Source: Saprolegnia diclina VS20 (Eukaryota). From it: a stretch of 64,000 nt of DNA. The stretch spans positions 670,727 through 734,726 of the forward strand of contig NW_008246076.1 in the NCBI RefSeq assembly GCF_000281045.1. The letters run 5' to 3'. This document shows positions 22,654-33,700 of the stretch, piece by piece; within the stretch, counting starts at the first letter, position 1, and the number at the start of each line of letters is the position of its first letter. The notes under the pieces were generated by a model. It saw only the letters and a program-made list of their open reading frames with translations, had not been told where the DNA came from and did no database searches. The position numbers and the translations under genes were made by a program.

Positions 22654-24032
22654 ATGGGCCCGAAAGCCAAGAGCAAGAAGAAGGAGCCAGAGCCGAGCGA
22701 CAATGGCGTGACGCGGCCGATGCTCGTGGCCAACTACGTCAAGATGTGCCGGTCGATTGGCGTGCCTGTGAACCCGTCCATGTCGGACGCGCTCAAAGGC
22801 AAGGGCGACGAAGCCGAAGAGCACTTGACGCAGGTACGCGGCCTTTACACGACCATGCTCAACGATACGTAGCTCATTGTGGACGATGAGTTTGGACCGC
22901 TCGGCAGCGGCGGTGTCCGCGCCATGGCCTGTGCTGTTCTGATATCCTTTGCCAACTCTGCATTCTATCTCAAAGTACATGTATGATGGAGATCATTGGA
23001 GCGTCCTTGACACGCTCTGTACGGCGCTGTGCCCCACAGCATCACAGCGGCGTACATGCATCTCTCGACGATCCGTATTTGGAATAATCCGATTGGGGAC
23101 GAAGGCGCGTCGGCCATCGTACGCTTTCCGTGCAAACCTACGGTCGTCACTGTACTCTTGGCCTAGGCATCGATCCTCTGTGAAGGCAATGGCCTTGTGA
23201 ACGTCGTGTACGTTGAGCTCATGGACTGCAACATTGGCGTCGAGGGGTATTTCAACAATTTCACCTGCCGTGGGGGGAGCTCACACGACAAATACTAGCT
23301 GCAAGATGCTCTCGGACGCGCTCTACTCGAATAAAAAGTCGCCGCTTCAAACGCTCAAGCTCAACTGCAACAATGGCATTGGCGACGCTGGTGTCTATGA
23401 GCTCTGTCAAGGCCTCTTTACCAATACGACACTCAAGGTATTCTTGTCATGTTGTCCTATTGTACTTATGATTTCTAGCAACTCCACTTGGAGTTTTGCA
23501 GCATTACGAAAGAGGGTGCGGTCGTCTTGGCGCAGCTCGTGAGCATGGCCAAGAGTGCACTCCACTCGCTGAGCCTCCAGGGCAACACGATCGGCGACGA
23601 AGGCCTCTTGAACCTCTCGCTGGGCCTCAAGCGCGCGCGGTCGCTCACGAAGCTCAATCTCTCGGACAATGCGATCCGCAAGGCATGACATTATATATTC
23701 TTTTATTTGTGTACAATATTGTCATGTGGTAGGACCCCGAGGCGCTCACAGCGTTCAAGGACGCAATTGAGCACTGCAAGACGCTCACCAATATCTATTT
23801 CTCGTTCAACTTGATTGACGTCGAGGGCGCCGAGATTCTCTTGCCGTTAATGGAACAGGTTGGTCGCGATACGACTCGAATAATCGCCGCTGAGAGACCT
23901 TAGGACGACGGACGCATCAAGGCCTTTGAAGTGGACCCGTCACTGCCGCCCGAGATCTTCAAGAAGCTCAATCGCAGCGAGAAGGGCGAAGGCAAAAAGA
24001 AAAAGGGCAAGAAGAAGGGCAAGAAAAAGTAG
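22654..24032 (+). CDS. RNI-type leucine-rich repeat protein (multi-exon)
   Basis: LRRs LQTLKLNCNNGIGDAGV, LHSLSLQGNTIGDEGL and LTKLNLSDNAI. MGPKAKSKKK start and KKKGKKK end. Confidence 0.8.
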
Positions 24033-24295
24033 CAAACCGACGAAAACCGCGAAATATTGCGATTCCTTGACGAGCTTTCTATTTTGTATACTCTAGTATT
24101 AAACCCACAGGGATAAGAGTAAGGCTTGGAGCTCGTTCGGTCTCGTCTGCGCAACGTAGCAGCAAGGCCACAACCAGCAACCAGCAACATGGAAGCGAAG
24201 CCTGCGCCAAAACCCAACTTCATTTGCTCTTGCATGTGTACCCCGCAAATTACAGTCAAAGTACGCTGCTAGGATCGCTAGAGTGGGTGGTGTTT

Positions 24296-24430
24296 GTTGT
24301 TGAAACGAGTTATTAACATGCAATTCTATAGTGAAGATGGTGGACATCCTAATGCGCTCGTGAGGTTTGACCGGGACGTCAAGCTAAGGGCGCTTGGTCG
24401 GGGCTCGGGATTGAGTGAGGTAGCGAGCAC
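24296..24430 (+). repeat. Dispersed repeat copy 1
   Basis: gttgttgaaacgag...gatggtggac.tcctaatgcgctcg...cgtcaagct shared with 44831 and 52403. Confidence 0.8.
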
Positions 24431-25483
24431 ACCGCGTAGAGTGGGGTGGCGTTTGTAATTGCATCCTGGGTCGAACCAGATCCGAGAAATGGCGTCACAC
24501 ACAAACGAAGACCAGGAAAGCCAGCGCCCATGTCTTTTCTGCCGCCCGCTCTTCGTACCACAAACATACACAATGGATCCGCCTGCGTTGAGGCTGTAGG
24601 GTAGGATATGGATGCTTGGCGACAGGCAACATGGCGTTGCCCAATGCAGTCACCCGTCGACACGTCATTTCTATGCAGAGATCGACGAGCACATCTTTGC
24701 TTCGGACAAGAATCAAGCGCACCGTGAACGCGTGGAGCTCCCAATCAGATCTCTCACGATGCTTCAAGCCCATTTCGTCACAAGCGCCATTTGCGACGAA
24801 GAGATCCAGTTTCGTCAACACTCGGCGTCTAAAAACACCCACCTTGCACTTGGCCAACAGGACACGTCCGTCGTCGGAGGGAATCAACAGTGCTCTTCCC
24901 GCTTGCACGCATCATACCACGATAGCCTTCAACTATAGAGCTGTACCGCAGCATCAGTGTTCAGCTCTCAATTGCAAGCCCTCTTGCTAGTGCTCAAATG
25001 CCGGTCGACTGGGCAACGCGCCAACGTTATCAGTCGCAGCGTACCGCATGCACCAGTCGATCTGCATCAAAGCAACGCTGGCTTTTCCTCGACTACAATC
25101 TTGTTCTTCCTGGGCACGTGCGCGGAGCAAGCCACACTGTGGTTGCGCAACGAATTCGGCGACGTGAAACGACTCTGTAGTCGCGTTGACACACGCTGGG
25201 TTGTTGGCCTGTCGACGCGAGGAAGACGCTACATGAACTCTCCAGATCGTCATCAAGAGTGATCGGGCGACCGCGTCATGCAGCCGCGAGCGGTGCCGTC
25301 ACCGCGTTCACCGCAAGTGGTTGAGAAAACGGTGTTTCGTCAAAGGGGCGACGGTGGCGTGCGTTTAGCCCGGACCAAGAGGCAGCCTCGGCCGCGGTTT
25401 CAGCCAATCCCAGCGCCGCTCGCACCTACATTCCACTCGGTTTTGCACTCAGAGTGAAGGTTCAATTTACAAGCCAGGAAGAG

Positions 25484-26716
25484 ATGGACGGGCCGGACGT
25501 GGACGAGAGTGTGACGCCGCTTATCACTTTCTACTGCTTCTCACCGCGCAGCATGTACGAGTGCTGCGACCTGCCGCTGCCGTCGCCGCCGCCGCCGCCG
25601 CTCAAGCCGACGCCGCCCGGGTTCCTCCATGCATCCCGGCTCGTCGACGCAATGGAGTCACTGGACACGACGTCCGGGGGCATGGTGCGCAAGGTGCTCC
25701 TCAAGCTCAAGGAGCGGTCGGTCGAGCCATTCCCGCTCGACGACTGGCTCTACTACTGCGAGCACTGCGCTAAGTACACGACGCACACGACCTCGAATCA
25801 CATTTGCCACCACTGCCATGCGATGGACGCGCACAAGAGCGAGGCGTGCCCCAAGGTCCGCGACCGCTTTTGCTCATTCTGTGCATCCATGGCGACGCGC
25901 GAGCCGTCTGCGCACAGCAGCGCCGACCACCTCTGCTTCCACTGCCACGCGCGCGGGCAGCACCTCACGTGCCTCCTGCCGGCCGCGCCGACAAAGGCGT
26001 TTACGCAGGCCTCGTCGTGGTTCCATCGGGCGCCGTACTGCAACTTTTGCGAAAAGACAGCGTCCCACGACACCTACATGCACGTGTGCCGGCTCTGCAA
26101 GCAAGTCGGCGACCACCGATCGACCGACTGCCCGAGCGCGCGGGCGCCATGTGATTTCTGCGCCGCCACTTCCCACGCGACGGCGGAGCACATGTGCCAC
26201 CACTGCAAGCAAGTCGGGGACCACCGCGGTTTGCACTGCACGCATCATAGCACGCCCGGCTTTTTTCCCAAGAAGCTCAATGACATGGAAGCCAAGCTCC
26301 GGTGGACCTTGGCCAGCATGGGCTTGTGGAGCGGCGGGTCCCAAACGCCGTTGACGACGCCACGGCACTTGTCGCACCCGTCGCCGCATGCCGAGCCGTC
26401 GACACTGAGCGCAACGACGTACGTGCTCTCGTACATGGAGGGCCAGTCGATCGTTCCGGCCCGCGTCCTCAAGTACATGCGGCTGCTCATGCACCACGAC
26501 GTGCCGACCAATGCATTTGACGTCGTTGTCCGCATCGACATTTGGGAAATGAAGCGGCCGGGGATGGTGAGTCCGCAGTCGTTTCCGGCGACGCCAAAGT
26601 TGCGCTCGACGCACCACACGCGCATGAACGCGTACACGGAGAGCGTCCTGAGAGGCGCTCGCGTCAAACTCGAAGGTCTCATTCGCCAACAGTACGGCGA
26701 CGCGGCCCTTCGGTGA
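25484..26716 (+). CDS. Cys/His-rich multi-zinc-finger protein
   Basis: Four modules of the form CxxC..H-x4-HxCxxC-x5-H..C. Intronless ORF. Confidence 0.75.
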   Translation: MDGPDVDESVTPLITFYCFSPRSMYECCDLPLPSPPPPPLKPTPPGFLHASRLVDAMESLDTTSGGMVRKVLLKLKERSVEPFPLDDWLYYCEHCAKYTTHTTSNHICHHCHAMDAHKSEACPKVRDRFCSFCASMATREPSAHSSADHLCFHCHARGQHLTCLLPAAPTKAFTQASSWFHRAPYCNFCEKTASHDTYMHVCRLCKQVGDHRSTDCPSARAPCDFCAATSHATAEHMCHHCKQVGDHRGLHCTHHSTPGFFPKKLNDMEAKLRWTLASMGLWSGGSQTPLTTPRHLSHPSPHAEPSTLSATTYVLSYMEGQSIVPARVLKYMRLLMHHDVPTNAFDVVVRIDIWEMKRPGMVSPQSFPATPKLRSTHHTRMNAYTESVLRGARVKLEGLIRQQYGDAALR

Positions 26717-27165
26717 CCCGATTTTCTTTTGTCAGGTTGCCATGTACTAGTATATTAAGACTATCAATACCACAGCATCACACATCGATGGTGTCACTCG
26801 GAGAAGGACACGCAAAGTTTGTCGTTGGGCTATCGTGCAGGTAGGGCAAGGGTCCACGAAACCGAATTCGAACGACAGCTTGTGGACTTTGTCATTGATT
26901 TTGAAGTTTGAGATTCATCGGCAAGGCACGAGAGAGCACGAGCCGTCAGTATCAAGGTGTGAAGAGCGCCCAAACCACCGCGTCTTCCGACGGGAGATAT
27001 GTCGGTCGACAGTTAATAACGTGAGATGCCTTGTCGTGTTCCACATGCAATAGTTTCATACTGTAAATGCAGTCCACAGCAGAAAAGTGCAGGCCAAACG
27101 TTACATTGTACGATTAACGGTGCGAAAAAAAGGAATTAGGAGATAACCTCTACTATAAAACAACT

Positions 27166-28678
27166 CTAGTCGCTCGTCGCGCACGAGTCCACGACCCGCT
27201 GCAACTTGGCGATCTGCGTCATAAAGTACTGACCGGTGCGCTGCTCGCGCTTCTGTTCGTCGACCTTGACGAGGCCGTCGGCCACGTAAAAGTGCACGTC
27301 CGACTGGAGCGACTCGGCGTGGAGCTTGAACGCCATGATCTCGGCGAGGACCGACGCCTCCGAGACGCCGCGGAAGCGCGCAAGCTTGGCCACGTCGAGC
27401 GACCGGTACAGCTTGACGTACGAGCGAAGCGACGGCAGCGCCGCGTGGCGCTCGACCAGCGCCAAAAAGAGCTTGAGCTGGAGCGCAGTCGCCTCCTTCG
27501 AGACATCCTCCGACTCGGCCGTCACGCCCGGCAGGATAAACTTGGGCGCCGAGAACGAAAATACGTCCGCAAGCACGGTAAGGTCCCTAGTCCGTCCGTC
27601 AGCGACCATGGATACCACGCACAATAAGAACCCTACCCCTTTTGGATGGCGGCCTGCTTGTCAGCGAGCTTCTCGCGCAAGAGCGCATGGATCTGGTCTT
27701 CGACAGTAAAGCCAGGGCAGAGGTGCGCGGCGAGCATGAGCAAGGCGAGGGCCTTCTCCGTGAGCTTGTTGACTTGGTCGTAGTCGGCAAACTTGGAGTA
27801 GTACGACCGGTTGCGGTGGACCTGGAGGATGATCTTGGCAAACGACTTGATTGACGCGGCCACGTCACCGAGCATGAGCTGGGCAAAGCCCATGTGGTAA
27901 TAGACCGACACGTTGCAGCTGTAGCTCTTCTGGTGGAGCTGGTCGCGCTTGGAGAAGTCGATCGGCTTGAGGATCGCGAGCGCCGTAAAGTAGTCGCCAA
28001 AGAGGACATGGGCGCGCGAGAGGCAGATGAGCGCAAAGTAGCCGAGCTCCTTGACCGACTCGTTCGGGACCCTACGCTATATCTATGAGCCATCGCAGCA
28101 ACCAAGGCATATATGACATACGGGAGCGACGGGTCGGCGAGGACGGCCTTGATGTTGGAGATCGCGACAAGGCGCTGGAGGTACGAGAGCACGGCTTTGG
28201 TGTTCCACATGGAGCTCTTGAGATCGGCGGCGGCGTTGGCCTTGGCGCGGTACTGGCAGAACGACTGGTACTGGTACACAAACTCGCCGACAATGTCAAA
28301 GAGCCACTGCGACGGCAGCGCTTCGAGCTCGAGCGACGCGTCGAGGATGCCATCAAAGATCGCGCAGTAGTTGTCCCAGCTCGCCTGCTTGAACTCGATC
28401 GTGGGCTGGAGCTTCGAGAACATGTGGCGGTAGTAGATCTGCGTGTAGAGCGTCATGAAGACCGCGTCGTCGTACACGAGCGGGCCGACGACGTCCGGCT
28501 CGGGCCACGGCGACTGCTTAAAGTAGTTGGCCGTCAAGGTCGCAAACTCCTTGTCGTAGAGACGGCCCATCTCGGTCACGTTGCCCGCGATCATGGCGTT
28601 GGACATGGAGAGGAACCAGCCCTTGACCGAGTCGGGGAAGAGGAACTCGGGCGCCTTGTCATCAGTGTAGTCGCTCAT
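27166..28678 (-). CDS. EIF3L: Eukaryotic translation initiation factor 3 subunit L
   Basis: YFKQSPWP, LYTQIYYRH, LPSQWLFDIVGEFVYQYQSF, LRSYVKLY and KVDEQK..GQYF motifs. Short introns. Confidence 0.93.
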
Positions 28679-29945
28679 GCTTGCTAAAGGGAAATCTCGA
28701 CTGTCTTTGGATAAGCAAGGCCAGTCGTAATTTTGGCCAATCAATCGAGTCGCCCTGCCTTATTGCGCCATAGCCAATGGCATCGATGGACGCCGCGAAA
28801 TGGATATCATTTTGACCAATCCGTGCCGATTGATTCGTCGCCCCAGCTTAAATATGGCGCCGCGCCATCTTTAGTGCTTTATAGCCACTCTCGTCGGCAC
28901 GATGGCTCTCAAGTCGCCAACCTGATTGCTCTGGGATGAGGTATGCCTGGCGTGCAGACCCCACACATACTTTTGAACGCAGTGTCACTGGTCGGCAAAT
29001 CGCGTCTTCAGCCGAGACGCATTGTGACCTTCTTCAAGCATGGCATTGTACGCGACAAGATCACTACTATCGATCTCACCAGCGAGCGCTAGAGGAATAT
29101 GCATTGACCGATGCACCGCGTACTAGAATGAGCATTTGCCTACTGCATTTACTCTATCGGGTCCAGCACGACGTCCTACGAAGGACATTTTGGTGCGGAG
29201 TTTCATACAGCAGATAGCAGAATAATGCCTGGTCCAGTACGCCAACAGCCCTTGTCGTCGAGTTAATGTGCTCCAATGCTTCTTACTGGCATACTCTTGC
29301 CATTGAGCCTCGTGCAAATTTTGCGTATGAGGAGTGGGAAGGAGAGTCCGTCTTGTGATGACGTGGCAGTGTCTGGCGTCGTCTTACATGGTCTTACATG
29401 GTGTGTCGCAGCCGACATCGACTGAATGGACGAAACGAAGGTCTAAACTACGAGTACCGCGACGCTCTTCTTCTCCAAGCCCATAGTCCTACAGCATATC
29501 GAACGTTGTTGGTGACGCGCGTCCTGACGTTGCAACACAAAGAGTCCAGTACCTTCTAGTACGTTTCGACAAAAACACTCAAGTGCTAAACCAACAGACG
29601 CGGGAAGACACTGAGCTGCTATATCTTCGCCACACAGTCGACCAAGCAATGGTCTTACTTGGTCATATGGCGCTCGAGAGCCAACATGGCACGAGAAGTG
29701 TGATCCAGACGTCACGCCCTACTGCTGTCGGTGAAAAACTCAATCCAATAGCAATCGTATACGTAAGAGTCGTGCACAGTGCACCGAGTGCTCTGCGTCA
29801 TCACCACGGCTTGAGGTTGAAGTGACGCGCGTCGTATATTCATCCAATATTGACAAATCCAGCGCCCATTCCAGCAATATATCTGGCGGGAATATGGTGA
29901 CATCCGGATACGAAACGTGTATCCGGTGCTCCAAGCATTGCCGAA

Positions 29946-30559
29946 ATGTACCTCTGGAAGCGAACCTTCGGGCGCCCGAGCCATCCGCAGCCGTGCGTCT
30001 TCTGCGACCGGACGCAGATCCAGACGAGTGGCATCCTCTTCGAGGTACTGGCAGCGCCACGTCATGGCCCATGGTACGACGAGCTGCGTAGGACGACCGC
30101 GTCCTGGCCTTCCGCGACCGCAACCCGCGGGCGGCGTCGCACCTGCTCGTGATCCCAAAGGAACACATCGTCAACACGCACGCCTTGGGCCACGGCCACA
30201 TCGAGCTCGGTACGTCATATCGCCTCAGCGGCGGTGCCTCCTGCAACGTCCATCCGCGTAGTCGAGCACATGGTCGCGGTCGGTCGGGCGGTCTTGGCCA
30301 AAGAAGCCGACGTGCTCATGCTGCCCGAGCTGCCAGGGTACGTCGTCCCCCCGCGATGCAATGGGCTCTGTACGTGTTCACTAGAATCTTTGGCTTTCAC
30401 CAGTATCCGTTCACGTCCGTGGACCACTTGCACTTGCACTGCCTCGCGCCGCCGTTCCAGCCGTGCTACAACCGCCTCCGGTACCGCGAAACGTGGTTTG
30501 CCAACTATGTGAGCGTCGAGACCTTACTCGCGTCGCTCAAGGACGGACGCCACCACTAG
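29946..30559 (+). CDS. HIT-family hydrolase, HINT3-like (multi-exon)
   Basis: CVFC, AFRDRNPRAASHLLVIPKEHI and GFHQYPFTSVDHLHLHCL (histidine triad). Confidence 0.88.
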
Positions 30560-30772
30560 CAGCAGCGCTGGTCTATTTAACAATCGAGATGGTTTCCACC
30601 CCGCTCAATGGTTCCTGCTCCTGGCGTCTTGGAGTCATCCAAGCGTGTTGATGGCCTGTTCAGCGGGCACCAAATCCCCTACGCCGAGTTGAGCGAGCTC
30701 ATCTTCGTCGCCACTGCTGCAATCACCTTGTTGATCGATCATCAAGCGCAGTCAACTCTGGACAACGTCTGC

Positions 30773-33700
30773 TTATTTGAAGGCCCGGAGCTTCTCGCGG
30801 AGGTTGGACGAGACAACTTCGGCGCGGGCTTGGCCCATGTCAAAGGCGGCGTTCGCACGCGCCTCGGCCACGTCCTTCATGTCGATGAACGACGTGTCGG
30901 GCTCCTTGTCCTTGAGCAGCAGCTTCCGAATGCCGTCGCTCATCGAGTCCATCGAGTCCTTTGTGAGCACGATGCGGTAGAGCTCACGGACGTTCTTGAC
31001 CATGCGATCCGTGAGCGGGATCTTGGGCAAGAGCTGGCGCCCCGCCAAAATGACGCTGTTGCCTTCGGCGATTTGTTGTTTGCCCTAGCATCATTCCTTG
31101 CATTCCTGGCGAAATGCAAAGCAGTAATACCCGCTTGATTTTGGATTCACCGAGCTCGATGTTTTGGCGCAGCTCTTGAATCTTCTTGAAGCCCAGCACC
31201 GCGACATTGAGCTGCTGCTTGCGGCCTTCGCGGTAGCGCGAGACGGACTCGAGGATCTTCTCGCCTTCGCCGAGGAGCTTCTCGCCGGCCGCGCGGACGT
31301 TGATGCCTTCCTGGAGAATGCGTTGTCCATCGTCTTCGTTTTCACTGAGCTTGACAAGGCCTAATGGAGGTCGTGTGAAAATCGCCAAAAATCGCCAAAA
31401 ATCGCCAAAAAATCGCCAAAAATCGCCGAAATTGAGGAAAATGAAGAAATGAAAAATCGGACTAATGGTGGGTACCGTGTGTAAGCGAATTGAAAAACCA
31501 TTGGCAAATGCCCATGACGATGCGCAGTCGATTCACGGCTTCGTCCGTCGACTCGGACCGCCACATGCGCAGCGCCAATCGATGCGCGCGCTCCATGGCC
31601 GCGTAAATGTCGCACGACCGCATTTGCAAAAAGTAGGAAAACTGCCGGTCGCATTGCTACACAACAGCCATAAGACAATAGTGTCCACCTATATCCTTTT
31701 GCGATACGTTGATGCTAACGTCGTCGGTCGGCACCTCGGCTTGGGTCCAAAGCCCTTCAAAGATGTTGCGCTCCGTTGTCCGGCGAAACACCGCGCCGAT
31801 GCCGTGCACCGAGTCCTTGGCGGCGTAGCCGTGGAAGCCAATGACCTCTTCGTCTGGCTCGGCCTCGAGGCAAAAGTAGACGCCGACGTCGGCGCGTCCA
31901 TACCACTTTGAGTACCGATCCTGGTTTGTGCCAAGGCGGAGGCCCAGCAGAGTCGACTGCGACGCAAACCCTTCGATTTTGACGAGACTACTCATCCGCA
32001 TCAATTGGCCGTCATTGGCAGCGACCGACAACGTACAGCTCGTGGGGCGCGAGCTGAAAGACCGACCGCGTCCCGAACGGGTTGCCACACAGCCGCCCTT
32101 CAATGGTGTCAGAGAACGACTTGACGACGGTCGCGAGGCCATCAACGCTCTTGCCGCAAACAACAATGACTTGGTGAATATGGCCAAACGAGATGGCGCC
32201 GTCGTACTCGAACTTGTTGCCTTTGACGCCGCCGTACATGGGCGTCGTGCGCTCCTAATTTTAAAAAATAAAAGAAATATCAATGTATCGAGTGCGCACC
32301 TCGTAGTGGTGCAGCTTGCGCTCGTTGTAGGCGACAAACATGAGCCGGTTCTCGAGCGCGAGGCGGCGCAGCACCTCGCGCGTATGCACAGCAAACAAAT
32401 TTTTGAGCGTCGGGTTGCTGCACACGCTGAGCTTGAGAATGCGGTCGCACGCGCGGAGCACCTTGCGCACGCGCCACGACACGAGGTGCTTGCGAAGCGC
32501 CCAGAGCGACGAGCGCAGCCGCTCGACGTCGGCGGCATACCGGCCTTCGCGCCACGACGACGGCAGCACGACGTATTTTTGCCGCAAATGGTGCTTCCAC
32601 GAGAGAAACACGTGGCCCATGAGCCGGACGTCCATCCTAATATGGATAATATTGTCCATCCTTCGAAAAATGGAGAAATAGCATACCGCTTGCGAAAATT
32701 CGACAACAGCGACGTAAACCCAATGTGGAGCTGCGTCCACTCGACCCAGCGCATAAAGACCGCGCGGAACGAGTTGAACGAGAGCTTTTGACCGAGGACC
32801 GTCGGGAGCATCATAAAGTCTTCCTGGAGCAAGTAGTGTTCAAACTTGGAGACAAGCACCTAGTGTCAGTCGATAGCACCGTGGTGACGATGGTCCTGTG
32901 CGTACCCGCCGCCGACGCATGCTCGTTGCGAGCCCCGGCGACTCGAAGAGCTGCCGGCCCTGGACGAATTTCGCCCAGCGCTGCCACGTGTAGTGCAGAT
33001 GCTTGAGCCGGTGGTAGCGCGGCATGTTGTGCAGCCAGTACCCAAACCTACCCCGCGTCAAGACGACACACGGTCTACGGTCGGCCTACCGCTTGGCCAA
33101 TCGGATCCAGTTGCGCAATTGGCACCGATGACAGAGCAGCGTCATCTTCTTTTGCATCGCAGGCAACCGGAGCGCGCGGAACGTCGATTTCAGCAGGTGC
33201 TCGCGCGCTTGGTCTTCGAAAATGTCGAACGCGCGGCAAATGACTTCGTAGAGTTTGCGCACGCGCGTGTGGATGATCTACAGAAATGGACATGTCACCC
33301 TGACGTGTCCACGACGAGTACTTGGTTGGCGTAGTGGTGCAGCTGCGATGTCATCTGGAGTGTCTTGCCTTGCTCGTCGTCCTGGATGCCTTTTTCAGCG
33401 ATCTTGATGTCGCGGATCTCGTCTTCGCGGTCGAGGAACCGGGCCTGGCTTGCCTCTCGCGCGACACGTAGCGCCTCGATCGCGTCGCGGAGGGCGATCG
33501 CTTCGCGCGCAGCGTCCTGAAGTCCTACATCCCGACAGTTTAGGGGCTCCGAACTGGACGAAATTGCACACCTTGGTCGCGCCACTCCTTGTCTTGACGC
33601 CACTGCAGTGCGCGCCCCACGGCCCGTGACGACGGCTCCTCCGGTAGCACCACTGTGATCGTCTTGGCGCGTCCATGTTGCCGCTCCTACAAACACACAT

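Noticed and set aside
24495..25262. Short ORFs after repeat copy 1 (also 8444-8830, 38400-38900, 54100-54760)
   Set aside because: No recognisable homology or consistent exon structure.
31377..31430. Interstitial telomeric repeat
   Set aside because: The unit is AAAATCGCCA, not TTTAGGG-like. It is a simple intronic minisatellite.
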